A stretch of DNA of 64,000 nt from Rhodosorus marinus CCMP1338 (GCA_029953675.1 JAMWBK010000005.1:2356001-2420000), one strand, 5' to 3'. Shown: positions 28,520 to 41,270, counted from the stretch's first letter. Notes: a model not told the origin generated them from the sequence alone. Numbers and translations: made by a program.

Positions 28520-29679
28520 GAACATAGATGGCTACCAAAAAATAGCACTGTGTCTAGATGAGAGAAATGTAGAGGCCTAGGCTGAGGGTATAAATAGGCT
28601 AGGACGGAGTAGAATATGATAGGGCTTAGTAAAGAGAAGCCAGGGGGAAAAATTCTTTGGATTTATCAAGCGACTCTTCGGGAAGGGGTTACTTAGACGA
28701 AAATATCCAATATTTGGTGGATTTCCGGGTCTGAAGCCGCTGGAACCTGGTGATTTAAGAAAAATGGAACCCGAACCTCCTCCGGGTACGTGGATGCCCG
28801 CGGTTGCTCAACTACTAGAGCAACAACAGCGGATGACGGAGCAGCTTGTGCAAGCGTTGCAGGAACAGCAACAGCTACAACAACAGCAAGGAGCTCGATC
28901 GGGACGACTACCAAAGAAATCTGAGTCCCGACTTTCGACGGTACTTCAGACGTCGAGACATTCATAAGCGAGCTCGAGCACCTGACGGCCGTTTATGTCC
29001 TCGAGGAGGACAGTGACTTGCTTTTCATCGCGGTTTGAGGGCTTGCAAAAACCGTTACCGAATGGTACCTCACCCTCCCCGTGACACAACGGGCAACGTG
29101 GGCAGTGTTGCAAATTGCCCTGCGAACGCGATTCGCGAGCCACAACCAGGATGTAGAACTGACAGTGAAACTGACGAGGATACGCCAACGTGAAGGGGCA
29201 ACGGTTAATGAGTATGCCACGGAGTTTGAATCCACATTGGATCATCTTCGTAGGTATGACCCTGAGTGTCTTAGCGAGTTCATGCAGACTCAGTTGTTTG
29301 TGGCGGGGTTGCGGACTCATCAACAAACCTACGTCCAAAGACACTGCAACACGCCATAGAATTGGCAGTGTCAATTCCCGGGGACACATCCGGACCCAGG
29401 TGGAAGATGACGAAGACGCGAGGTAGAAACGAACGGACGGCCCGGCCAAGTCATGACCAGCACGAGATCGTCTCCCAACCGCCACCTCACCTGGATGCAC
29501 CAGTACCAATGGCAGTTGGAACGGTGCGCGGGCGGCGGCAACGACGTCAGAGCCAGAAAAGTAGGGTGAACATCGTGGAGGCGCCGTCTGGCAAGAAAGA
29601 TGGGATTGAAGACCCGGCAACCCGGGTATTGACCATCTTGCAGGAAGCTGACATCCCACGACCAACGGCAACCGTTGTT
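28520..29679 (+). mobile_element. Degenerate Ty3/gypsy 5' region: LTR-like segment, PBS-like site and pseudogenised gag
   Basis: TATA-like gggtataaatagg near 28590; TGGTGGATTTCCGGG at 28715; ATG 28764; PTFDGTSDVETFI, TWAVLQIALRTRF, KLTRIRQREGATVNEYATEFE, LFVAGL, PKTLQHAIELA, PVPMAVG, interrupted by frameshifts and a stop. Confidence 0.85.
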
Positions 29680-30086
29680 ACATCTTCGCGGCTGCCGCGG
29701 TCGTCATCAGGTTCACCTGTGCTCCGCTGTCCACGATCGCGTTGACCTTGACGCCGCCTACTTCTGCCGGGATCCGCAACAACGGTTGCCGTTGGTCGGG
29801 GATGTCAGCTTCCTGCAAGATGGTCAATACCCGGGTTGCCGGGTCTTCAATCCCATCTTTCTTGCCGGACGGCGCCTCCACGATGTTCACCCTACTTTTC
29901 TGGCTCTGACGTCGTTGCGCCGCCCGCGCACCGTTCCAACTGCCATTGGTACTGGTGCATCCAGGTGAGGTGGCGGTTGGGAGACGATCTCGTGCTGGTC
30001 ATGACTTGGCCGGGCCGTCCGTTCGTTTCTACCTCGCGCCTTCGTCATCTTCCGCCTGGGTCCGGATGTGTCCTCGGGAATTGACA
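29369..30086. repeat. Fold-back inverted repeat: about 310-bp arms (29369-29679, 29778-30086) with a 98-bp spacer
   Basis: Direct comparison gives 4 substitutions and 2 single-base indels; the spacer encodes gypsy protease RIPAEVGGVKVNAIVDSGAQVNLM on the minus strand. Confidence 0.95.
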
Positions 30087-30164
30087 AATCACGTCGAAAA
30101 GATCCAATAGATACATCGTAATACATACGGTAAGACCGATACGCACATGGCATTCGATGGGTGG

Positions 30165-30321
30165 ATGCCCATCTACGTGTTGAGAGCGCATGGCCACGAT
30201 TGACCGTTTCAACAGAAACAGGGGGGTTTAGAGGGGTATACAGAGAAAACCCGACCCACTTGGCAGAGGGTGGTAGAGGCATCATATGCTCCGGATGCCG
30301 CAAACCCGGTCACGTCCGTGT
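30165..30321 (+). repeat. Outer inverted-repeat arm B (truncated zinc-knuckle fragment)
   Basis: LRVESAWPRLTVST...CSGCRKPGHVRV; about 97% identical to the reverse complement of 28210-28366. Confidence 0.92.
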
Positions 30322-30832
30322 CATACCGTTACTGTTTCAAATGGAGGAAACAGTTTGAACAGTACAAGATGTCGATCATCTTCACATATAGTAGAGTACT
30401 TAAGTGGAACATATCGGCCCATTAGTCAGTGGAACAATAAAGAAGGCACCGAAGTTTGGAGGATGAAACTGAGGTCAAGGTCAGGAATCCTTGAAAATTC
30501 CAACAGTTTTCGCGGGTTTAACCACTTCTGGGTCGTAAACAGGGAAAAGCCAGACCAACTTGGCACGTCCCTAGTCTTAGAGTAAAAGAAATGTCTTTGA
30601 TTTAGCTTTTGGGATGTACTTAGAATTAAATAAATGCGAGCAAGTAGAACAATTAGAGTACGGGTTTCCCACAGGGAGCAAACATTCCAGACGCGAACAT
30701 AGAGCCCCACATGATCATCGAACTTTCAGAGAACCGCGCAATGGTAGCAAGCGTTCAGAGGGGATGGAACTGCTTGACATAGTGTCTTTAAACTGTGGTA
30801 AGGTGGTTGATGGTGCTTTGTAGGTGAGAGGC

Positions 30833-31306
30833 ATGTTAAGAACCGTATTTGTCATTCGGCGTTTCAGAGAACGCTGCAGGCGGAATCTATGGACAGATCC
30901 GTATTTATTTCTTGGGGTTGAAAAAGGTGTTGAAAGGAATGAGTTGAGGAGACGGTATTTGGAGTTGGCGCGGGTAGAGCATCCTGATGTCAATGCAGGG
31001 AGCAATGAGGCGCACGAGAGGTTCATTGCGCTCTCGAACGCGTTGAAAGTAGTAGAAAAGGAACTCAAGGACGCCCAAGGCCTTCCAGGGTTATTTTCGC
31101 ATGCAGCTCCTGTGGACGTCTTCAAGCATGTCAGTGAAGCTCTGAAACCGGAGGTGAAGAAGGTCGCTGAAGAAATTGAAGCCTCAGGACCCGATTGGGG
31201 AGGCATGTGGCAGATGGTTGAACTTATGAAGGCTACAGAAGCGGCAGAGCGCCCTCGGACCCCCAAAATGATTCAAAATGCGAGTGAAAAGGCAACGGAT
31301 AGTTAG
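30833..31306 (+). CDS. Small J-domain (DnaJ) protein
   Basis: DPYLFLGVEKGVERNELRRRYLELARVEHPDVNAG...AHERFIALSNA with an intact HPD; C-terminal GPDWGGMW. Confidence 0.88.
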   Translation: MLRTVFVIRRFRERCRRNLWTDPYLFLGVEKGVERNELRRRYLELARVEHPDVNAGSNEAHERFIALSNALKVVEKELKDAQGLPGLFSHAAPVDVFKHVSEALKPEVKKVAEEIEASGPDWGGMWQMVELMKATEAAERPRTPKMIQNASEKATDS

Positions 31307-32542
31307 TAAGCGATGTCAAGTGTGCAGCGATATGTCACGCACCAGATTGTTCGCAGGCCAATGTAACGTAGGGTTAATACATCGGTTGAAGTATTTCATT
31401 CCACACCCAAGAAAAAGTTCAATTTGTTGCGAACGGGATCCGATGCGCTTCTTGTGAGATTCACGTCAGCAGCCGGATCAAGCGAACGCCTTTCCGCAGC
31501 ACGATACTGGGCCTCCAGTTGACCTCGCACCTGACTCTGCGTCGAGGTAGTCCGGATGAACGTAGTTCTGATAGTACCTGACCGTGTTCTGCTCTAGATC
31601 TTTATAATACAGGCAGCAGAGAACACTTTAGAATGTGGCTTCTCGTTAAGTGCTTGTCTCCTATTCGTACAAAAAAATGAAAATAAAAAATAGAAAATAG
31701 AAAATTAACCATTACTTGATTGTATCGACATTACAGTACCTTGCGTCCCTCTCCGAAGGGTTGGGACGAGGAGAAGTAGGCAAGGGACTTTCGCACGGGA
31801 TTGGATGCGCAGGGAGTTGTATCATTGGGAATTTTACGTTTGATAGGTTTGAATGTTCGGGTGCGTGGATTGCTGAATATCGCCTCTCGGCTTTTGCTAT
31901 TTGGCCTGCTTCGATGAGGGGATACTGCTTGGCATTCGCAAGGCTTTCCAGCGTTTGTCCTCTGGAGTTGCGACGAGTGTGCCTGATCACATTGGTAATT
32001 TTCGGAAGAATATCTAGAAAGACTCGTCTTTCTAAATTCATGGTAACCTGCTTGTATTATTTTCAGTCCTCCTCAACTCTACGACAAAAGGGATGCTTGT
32101 GCTTGGCACAAGCAACCCAACGGATACTCAGATCACTGTCCGGCCGGAACAACTCCCTTTCGATATGCATCCAGAGCAGACCCGTAGATGCCGGTGACAG
32201 CTGCGATGCCTCAACCAAGCGAGTGCATTACTTTCACATCCGTCGTCAGTGCAGACCTCTTTTTTCTTCTGGCCTCACCTCCTGCGTAGTGACCTCAAAT
32301 CGGATTCTCCGAAGACCGATTCGTCAGCGGGTGATTTGAACCATGAAGGGAACTCAGCAGCTAGGAAAATGCAAAAGTTAGTGAAGTGTACACGAGCGTT
32401 CCATGGAGGACAAACGGCTTATGTCTTTCCTATTCCTCCGTCCAAAATGATCCGTGTTAGCCTTCAGACAGGTCATGCAGGGCGCGGCCCGACGGCCCGA
32501 GGCCGATTACGCATCATTACTAAGGTCATTTTAGCTCGACAA

Positions 32543-34900
32543 TCAAGGAGGCCGAGCTGGAGGAATCTTTGAGACCGTTGAGATTGTCTTCGGGTAAACT
32601 TCGGCAGCAGTCGCAGCCCCGGACGGCGTCGATGAAATGCTTTCCATCCATTTAACCCGCTCGATATCTACAGGTTCGAAACGAGCGAACACTGAAGAAC
32701 GAGCCATGTTCTCACCAATCGCAACTGGCACCTTTTGTCGTGGAACACCCGCATAGTCATATTTGCCCTGTTGCTTGTTGTATTCTGTGACGCCCCGGTA
32801 AACTCGAAGCTGCACGCCGCGCAACAGGACCCTCTCCCTAGCCCACTCATCTTGATTGAGGGGCGGTTTCCATACGTTGTAGTTGTTCTTCACCTTCAAG
32901 AAGTCAGGATCTTTGCGGGGACAAAGAATCCAGTCAAGTTCTTTGATATCGTGGTTGAGCTTATTGTTCAACCACCGAGCAGCGTCTGCAATAGTCCCGA
33001 ATGTTTTCATGATGTCGATCACATTCTGCATGCATTGCTTCCCGACCTCGAAGGCCCAGCTACTCAAATCATTGGTCTCGGGCTCTGTCGCGTTTTCCAC
33101 AATCCAAACGGACGTCGTCATCGCAACCAAGACTTCAGCCTGCAAGACTTGCTCTTCTCTCGTGCTGCATATGCGGTTGATCCATTTCGAGGCATCTACC
33201 TCGACTTCAAATGCAGGGCTCAACACGATATCCGTAGAGTCCAAAAGCTCTTCCCGCGCGGGGAGGGCACTGTCATTTGCCTTTGAGGCGGTCGAAGGGG
33301 TTGGCCCCTGGGAATTTCCAGTTTTCGAAGGCTTGTTGTTCGCCGCAGTAATACCGGCAGTGGCTGGATCTGCGTTTGCGACTGGTCCCTGTTTTCAATT
33401 CAAAAAAAGGTTCTGGTTTAGCAGGTGCGCACAGCCCACTCAAGCTTTTCCTGGAGGTTTCGCTTTACAGCTTTTGGTATAACCAATACCTCTCTTCTGT
33501 TTGTGGGCTTCTCAGGGTCTTCCTTCTTAGCACTGGCTGTTTTTCCAGGTCGGTGCGCGGATGTCAGCTTTTCCTCAAAGCTATTTTGCACCCCTCTTGT
33601 ACGCTCTTCTTGTGATCCCGTCTGATCCAAGTCGCGAGTCATTCATGACCGGTTGGTGAAGAACAATGTGTTCAGTTGGAGTGCAGAACTCTTCATAGGG
33701 CGTTCTCGCAACGTACCTTCCTACCCGGCGATGCTCGCACAATCGGGTCCTTGCTGACAGTAAAAGGGAGGCGGGCTGGTTCAGCCTGGTTTGGTGCCCG
33801 AGTCAAGATGGGTTGTGGAACCGGCGCTCGGGGGAGACCGATAGCTCCATTCGAGGCTGTAGGTTGCGGAGCTATTTTTTCAGGTGCGGTGCTCAAGAAC
33901 GTCTGGTTCTGGGGTGTAGCTAGAGGAACCTGCATCGGCTGAGGTACTGGAGTCTGAGCCTGGCCGATAAGTGCAGTAACTTCCCCCCTTAACTGACCGA
34001 TTTCAGCTTGTTGAATTGAGCTCTCCTGTTGCAGCAGAAACAGCTGTTCGCGGAGCATTCGCACTTCCGACCGTAACATGAGGGTACGGTTCAGTGCCTC
34101 GAGTTGCTCAACGACGTTCAATTCCGCTCCTTGCTTGACGTGATTCCCACTGAAACCACCCGCTCCAGCCGCACTTCCCAATCCTGGCACTTCTTCAGTG
34201 TCAGGGATACGGCTACCCCTGTGCCCGGGTGTCTGCTGTGATGACGGAGATGCCTCAGCTTGAACAGCGACGTTCCATTTCGCCATCGACATTGGCGGGT
34301 CGCTGTTATCCCTTACTGGTGTACTTGGTTTCTGTTGAGGGCTATCCATCCTCACAGTAGATCCGTTGATGGGAGTAGATCTCTTCGGAGAGCGTCTCGA
34401 ATTTCTCTTTGCAGGTGTATCCCCTGAGCGCTTGCGTCTCTCAGGACGCCGCTTCTGTTCGATTACCTATTCACAACGTTCGAGGAAGATGAGGGTGTGA
34501 GCTGCATTGGCGTCCTAATTGTGGATACAAAGATCTCCAAGGCCAGTTTGACTGCTCTAACGGTGGTTCAAACGTTACTCACATCCTCAGAAGCTGTCCG
34601 GGCGGCGGGCCGTTTTCTGTATGCTTCAAGGTCTGTCTGGTGATACGAATCCTTCGCCGGCTTCTTTTTCCCTGTTCGTAGAGGATCTTCATTGGTCTCC
34701 CCTTCCTCCAAGACCATTCTCCACTTTTCCCGCGACAGGTCCAAGTTCTCCTCATCCTGATCCTCATAGAACACCTTGTGTTTCCGAGTCCTATCGTTGT
34801 ACTTCAAAACTCTGCACGTATAAAACGCATCATCCAGCGGCCACCAAACTTGAATCCGCTTATTCTCAAGCTCTACGCCATAACTTTTCCTTGGCGCCAT
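32543..34900 (-). CDS. Tudor-domain protein (PDS5/MSH6-type Tudor) with coiled coil and unknown C-terminal domain, multi-exon; may extend by splicing to about 31712
   Basis: KRIQVWWPLDDAFYTCRVLKYNDRTRKHKVFYEDQDEENLDLSREKW; downstream ORFs 33693-34355, 33418-33642 and 32543-33244 can be joined by plausible GT-AG introns. Confidence 0.65.
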
Positions 34901-35589
34901 GCCTCTTCAGATCTTTTCTTTCGTCCCTTCTCAACCAGACCCTACCAAGACCCACTTAACACATTCCCCTCCCCAAAGTACAAACTTCTCCCCTCCACAG
35001 CATAAATAAAAGCACTAGTCTTTCGGTCTTTTTCAAATCCAAATCGCTTTTCCCAACTCTTCCTCAAAATGCTATTCCCACCTCCGACCACAAGGATCGT
35101 CAGCATAGGCCATGTTCCCCCTACTCGTCCACAAGGCATGCCCAAAACCCATCCTACAGCGATGAGCAAAATGATACCCCTTTCCACCACCCTCCTACCC
35201 GACCCCCGAAAGAACGAAGCTTTTTCCTGGCCGAACAATACTGGCTAATGATACTACACACACCTAAAACCCATCCGGATTTTATATATTCCAAATTAGC
35301 CAAAAAATCTCATCTCAGTTAATGACGCCAATGACATCTCCAATTTTCACGTAATTACTGATAAAAAATCAATATTCAAAACAAAACGAGGTGTTAATTA
35401 CGTCCTAATTGCGGTTGCTGAAAGCCCGCGGGAAATAATTCCAATAAGGTTAATTCTTGTTCGCTAGTTGGTGCGTGTTCCTTAAATTGAGCGCTTGCAG
35501 AATAAAAATCGACCAGAACTGGCGGGAAAGAGCACATTGTGTGGAGGAATCGTCCAGATTCCACTCTGGCTGAGATGTTCGCGTGTAGT

Positions 35590-35637
35590 TTAGCCTGGGG
35601 TTAGGTTAGTCTGGGGTTGCGTTAGTCTAGGGTCGAG
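35590..35637 (+). repeat. Three degenerate 16-bp tandem units (TTAG[C/T]CT[G/A]GGGT...)
   Basis: ttagcctggggttagg / ttagtctggggttgcg / ttagtctagggtcgag. Confidence 0.7.
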
Positions 35638-36232
35638 GACAACTGATGTAGTCCGGGCAGGATTACTTCCCAAGTTACTTCCCTGAATATTTCAGCGTTG
35701 TCATGGTAAGTCTGTCCCGCCAGCGCTCTGTATGGACTGTCGGAAATGCATTAAGTCGTCTGCATTCATTGATTGACTCTTAAACATAAAGCGCTTCGCG
35801 GCTTTCTTCTCAAGCAGCCCTGCGCAGGCAGACCGGGATGAAATTCGGGTGTGGATAGTGTAAACATTGTAGACGAACGGGATGCTTGTCGACCTGGGGC
35901 AGGCAGTGGACGAGCAATCACGTACTTGCTTAGCTACTGCTCGTTGCTAGCTTTTACTCTCAGTTACTACGTTATTGGAATAGACCGAGATAGGAGATTC
36001 GCCTAATTCGCAAGCTCGCCTCGTGCGGACGGCATGGATGGTTTGTTTCTAGCCAATTGGAGGAGGCGATAAACTCCCCAACTTATCAGTCGCCGAGATG
36101 TTACAAAACGGATTAAAGAATTTCTGAACAGGAGGGTGCATGTAAGCGCATCTCAGGTCTTTGAGAGGTACGTTGACGACCGAGAGCCCGTTAGTCACAC
36201 ATCAGGCTCGCTTCCTTGTCGCACCGGAAACC

Positions 36233-37445
36233 TTAAAACTTTTTGCTTCGCTTTCGGCCACTGTACTTGCTGTCTGGGCGGACCTCTTTCCCTTGCCGAC
36301 GTTGACGTTCTTTCTTCTTCAAAATCCAGGCCTTTGCGCCCATCTTCTCCCTTCCCTTCCTCTTTCGGGGCCGTTCACGTTTTGTGCTCTTTACCGCTTC
36401 TTCGCTGTCCAATGCCTGATTAAGAAATTCAATCAGATGCTTCAGAAAACTTGCGTGCAGCGGATGCAACCTTTCACAAATACCTTGGACATCGAAGAAA
36501 CCTGATAGAGAAACTTGTGGTGCGCAACAAAACCTACCAAAGGCGTCGCTGTGTTCGGGTCAGGAGGCCCAGCAGACAGGCAGAGAAAATATTTCTTAGC
36601 TTTCGCTGAGTTCGGAAAGTCAACAATCAACCCTCCTGAGAAGCCGGCGCGCATGGCACTCGCCGTGATCAGCTCCAATTGATTAGCATTTTCCGGGTAG
36701 AATTGAAGCGCCGCTCTGGCGCTTTTCCGCAGGCATCTATACAGCCCTTCGAAAAAGGTAAGCAGACGTTTTCTCGGATTGTGACCAGTCTATGGAACAG
36801 TTTGTCAAGAGTTCGTCAGTTCCTAGCAATTGCAGGCATGTCCCCAAACTCTGGCCACCGGGAAATATTTCGTGCCAGTGGAAAAGAAACCAGGATCCTC
36901 GTACCTGGTCCACGTTACAGAGCCACTGAATTGCAGATACGCTAATAGCGCCGTCGAAAGTATTAGCCTGAAAAGGAAGGTCTTCACCCGCGTCTCTCTC
37001 AACCAAATCTCCTTCAACATCACGTGCAGTTGCTACATGCAACATCGGTCCAGATATGTCCAGTCCAACCCATACATGTCCTTTATCCGTTAAGACGTCA
37101 CCACTCAGTCCAGTTCCACACCCAATATCCAATAAATACCGCTCCTCACCCTCCTCAAACTGTAAAAGCTGCAAACATCTGCCGGGAGGCACACAAGTCA
37201 TGAAGAAAATAAAACAAATACGACAACGTGAGTGACCTTGACCGAGAAGGGAAGCAAACAGCGGGGTTGCAAGAACAGCTTTCAATAGAGTTCAACGCAA
37301 ACAAACAGCGACGAGAACAAAGAAGAACCAACCGATCAGCTAACTGAGTCTGAACTTCAATCATCCGACTGCTAGTTAAGTACTTCTCAGCTTCTGCCTC
37401 ATTGTAGAACACCTCTGGCGGTGCTACATGCTCTGGTCGACTCAT
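36233..37445 (-). CDS. BUD23: 18S rRNA m7G methyltransferase BUD23/WBSCR22, multi-exon
   Basis: [94 protein letters not shown]. Confidence 0.97.
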
Positions 37446-37885
37446 ACTCCACTACTTAGTTCAAGATTAACCCTTCCTTCTCATCGTTCAAACATTATTA
37501 TACACCTCTAACCAAACTCATGTAAAACTCGGAGCTGTCTTCACTCCCCACTGCAGGACTAGCTTGCGTTTCCTGGTCGTCGTCCTGGTGAGGTCCACGT
37601 GAGCAGGGTTGCGAATCGGTTAGGGAAATGTTGAATGTCGGACACATCTCTATGCAGACATCCGTATTCGAGACGAGTTTGTTTGGAGAGACTTTTGATT
37701 GCGGTGGAAGAGCAACAGCTTGAGATTTAGAGAGCTGCTTTTTGGATCGGATTCGATCTGCTTCTTTTTTTATCCGGAGGTTTCTGGGAAGAGCTGCTCG
37801 ATGTACGGGAATGTGATAGAGGGATGAACCGTGATCGGTCTTGATTCGGTGTGTTTACGGTTTGCGATTTTTTTTTTGGTTAGAA

Positions 37886-40669
37886 ATGGATAAAATCGAG
37901 GCGGTCGAGAGAGCTAAAGATCGGGTTCTGGAAAGTTCCCGAATTATAAAGGACGAACTGGCGAGGCAAAAAGCTGGTGAAACAGATTCAACTCGAGTTG
38001 CCAACGCGATGTTGAACATGCGAGCAGCCCATCGAGATTCGCTTTTAATAGCTGAAGAGATAAAGAAGAAAGCTCTCGAGGCGAATGAAGCTCTTGTTGT
38101 TCCGAAGATAAAACTTGAGGGTCTTATTTATCTCGCGGCACAGCTCAGGAAGGAGATTCAGGTACGTTAGCCGGCAGATTTCACACGTGGAAAGAGCTTT
38201 GGAACCTCAACGCACTTTTGCTACGTTGATCACGTTAAACAAAACACGCAGGCTTGCAAGGCATATGAGGGAACGTACAAGAAGTTAGAGCTGTTGGAAG
38301 AGAGTGAGGCATTAGAACCAGAGAAGGCCAAGTTAATGAGTGAGCACGAAAAGACAATGGCCAGGCTGGATATGGAACTGAGCGAGCGGAAACGCCTGCA
38401 GACGAAAGCAGCTGAATTGCTGTCCAATCAACGACGTCAAGAACTGGAGAATATCTCTACACGCAAGTTCATTGCTGAGCTTCCAGCAAAGCTGGAAAAT
38501 ATCACCGCGGTCGCGAAACCTGTTAAAGACCAGTTCTTCTCAAGTAGAATTGGGAAATCTTCAATAGGAAAGGTAAGCTGATATCAAAGGCACTTCAAAA
38601 ACTCTCAATTCGAGAACAAAACGGCCAGTTACTAGCCAGGAATCTTTCAGGCAAAGAGAACAGCTGTGGGCAAGACAGTTTGTTCCATGTCCTGGTAGTT
38701 CATTCAAAACTTGAAACAGTTGAAACCAACAACGTTCTACAATCTGAACACCGAACAGGTCCCTTCATTCAGCACAACCGAGCTAGAAACGATTTCGTCA
38801 CTTCCGACCCCGCTCTACATTGCGTACAGAGAAGCTGCTGCGTACAGGGATGCCTTCGAGGAGAGTATGTTTGTCTCTGTCATTGAGGTACGTTTACTCG
38901 ATCCACGAGTCTTAACCTCCAGCGTGCTCGGGTCCCTCGCTCGGAAGGTGGATCCTGAAAGACAATCTGTCGCCGCCGTCAATACTTCTAGGATGAAGCG
39001 CAATCCGAAAAGCAGGCCGTGTCCTTGCGATTTCGAGATGAAAGTGAGAACAGCCGTAATATTGAATTGATCATCCGCTACAACTCGGAGATAGGAGTTT
39101 CCAGTTTGGAATCGAGATCTTCGTTTTTGAAGACAAAAAGGTAGCCTATTCGAGAAGGTTTCAATGTAAAGCGCACTAGACTGAATCACCCGATCTCCGA
39201 CGTCTGCACTGTCTCGACAGTCTTTGCTTGTTGTACCCAGCCGATGATGGATTGAAACTACCAAACCCTTCAGCGGCTCATAGTACTTCATCGGAGTCGA
39301 AAGTTGGGGAATTGTGCGGAGGCGGCCTTCCTTTCATGTTCGTTCAAGTTTTATGTGGTCTTTACTTTCCTGATCGAATTGAGAAGAAGAAGCGCTCATC
39401 TTCAGGGGGTAAGCTTTCAAAGCCCGCTTGCCAGGCTTCCTTTGTGAATATTCTGGGGCAATGGCTGTGTTTCCCCGTTCTCACACTGGGCGATTCTAAA
39501 ATGAAGGGTCGGCGGAGGATTTCAATCAATGGAAACGCGTTGCTGTTGAAGCCCCGCTACATGCTAGATTTGGAGCAGTCATTTCGGCGATTCGTAACCG
39601 CTCGAAGATGATCCACAGCGTTGAGTTGGTAGCCAACGCTTCAACACCTCCGACGGCTCCTCTCGACGTCTGCAAGCTTCCAGCTGTCCCGAAAACTATG
39701 TGCTCGCCATGGAAAGAACATAGCTCGGATGATGACTTCAGCAAGGTCTACACCTTCGAGCTGCGCTCCATTCGAAGCACACAGAAGTTGCAAAAGTTTA
39801 AGATCGAGGTCCGTGTTTTATAGGACCGCTTTATACGTTCTCGTCGCTATTTTATTCGTGAACGGCTTCCAACAACGCTGGGATTGTTCACCTCGTCGAA
39901 GCTGCTCTGTCTTACAGGTTCAGGTCAAGATTCGAGTGGATTTCCCGTACAAGCGACCAGACTGGTCGTTCTCTTCGTCAGTAAGCGCGATCACAAGCGA
40001 GGACTTTGATGCAATGAAGACTGTCCTAGCAAGTTACGCGGAGGAATACATACGCAATACGCAAAACCGACCTGGTGCGTCCCGTTCGCTTGCAAAAAGC
40101 GTTGTGGACTCGCGCTTCCTAGGAATCTGACCGCTCTCTTGTGTTTCCGTATGGCTTCCTCGCAGAGCTCCTACTCCAATGCCTTGTAATGAGACTCCGA
40201 GCAATGATTGACGTTATTGTTGAAACCGAGCTGGACGACTCAGGGGCTCCTGAGGAAATCGGAAGACGGTAGGATCCAATACAGCTTCTAATCCGCTGCA
40301 CGAGTATCGTATTGACGCCTAGCTTCGCCTTTTTCTAGACCACGCTGGTTGAACTCATTCGAAGGGCCACTCAGGCAGCGTCCCCTAAAGTACAACGAAG
40401 ACTCACAAATGTTCGAGCGGCCTACACTTGACAGCAGCGTCCACATTCCTGATCGAGAAGCAGAACCTTCAGAACGCGGTTCGCTGGAGAAGACCAAATC
40501 AGGATTGAAGAAAAAGGTTCGTGCGAAGGACGCTGAGACTGATAGAAAGAGGAGAAAGAGTTCGAAGTCAGCAAAGAAGAGCTCATCCTCATCAAAGTCT
40601 AAGAAAAAGCCGCATGAGGACGTCGACGAGGAGTTCGCGGAGGAGGTTGCTAAAGCTATGGATATGTAG
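37886..40669 (+). CDS. THOC5: THO complex subunit 5, multi-exon, with a K/S-rich C-terminal tail
   Basis: HEKTMARLDMELSERKRL, SLPTPLYIAY, LYPADDGLKLPNP...PFMFVQVLCGLYFP and GPLRQRPLKYN match conserved THOC5 blocks as recalled. Confidence 0.8.
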
Positions 40670-41270
40670 ACGTATCAGAGGCCCGCGATCTTGATAGTTC
40701 GTTGGTAGAGCATCAGCCTCGGACTCTCTGGTGAGATGTGAATTGGCAGCCAAGAGGGTACGACCGGTGCCCATGGCGAACCGTAGCGAGAGTAGACAAG
40801 TTCAAGCAGCTGACCCAGGAGGAGAACCTAATCTACGCCGCAAAGGTTGCCATTATTCTTTCTTACTCGGCCTCATCGTTCCTGGTTTCAACTCAGCTCG
40901 GGACCCGAGAAGTCGAAATTCGCGTTGTGTGGACCCAGTTGCGGTAAAAATTGAAGTGCCGCTTTTGCGTGAAGTTCAGCATGTTGAAGTCTTCCCCGAG
41001 GTAACGGTCAGAACCTCTCTGTGGGCCGGAGAACTACACGTAGGGAGCGCAGGGCAATCTCTATAACTTGTCAAAGCTTCGGTCTTTAGCCTTCCCTTCG
41101 AAGCACGAAGAGTTCCAAGCTATGTACATATACACATTCCTTGTTCGGGCAGGAGATGGATGGTCTTCTTCCCCGAAAACTCTTTTCAAAACCTATGCAC
41201 ATCCGAATCTATTTACAGGCTACGTTTTCGACCTCGCGAGCGGTCTTCGGGAGTCATATTGCGCCCCTCG

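Noticed and set aside
29369-30086. Inverted repeat as terminal inverted repeats of a DNA transposon or MITE
   Set aside because: The arms are internal gypsy gag-protease coding sequence, with no target-site duplication seen.
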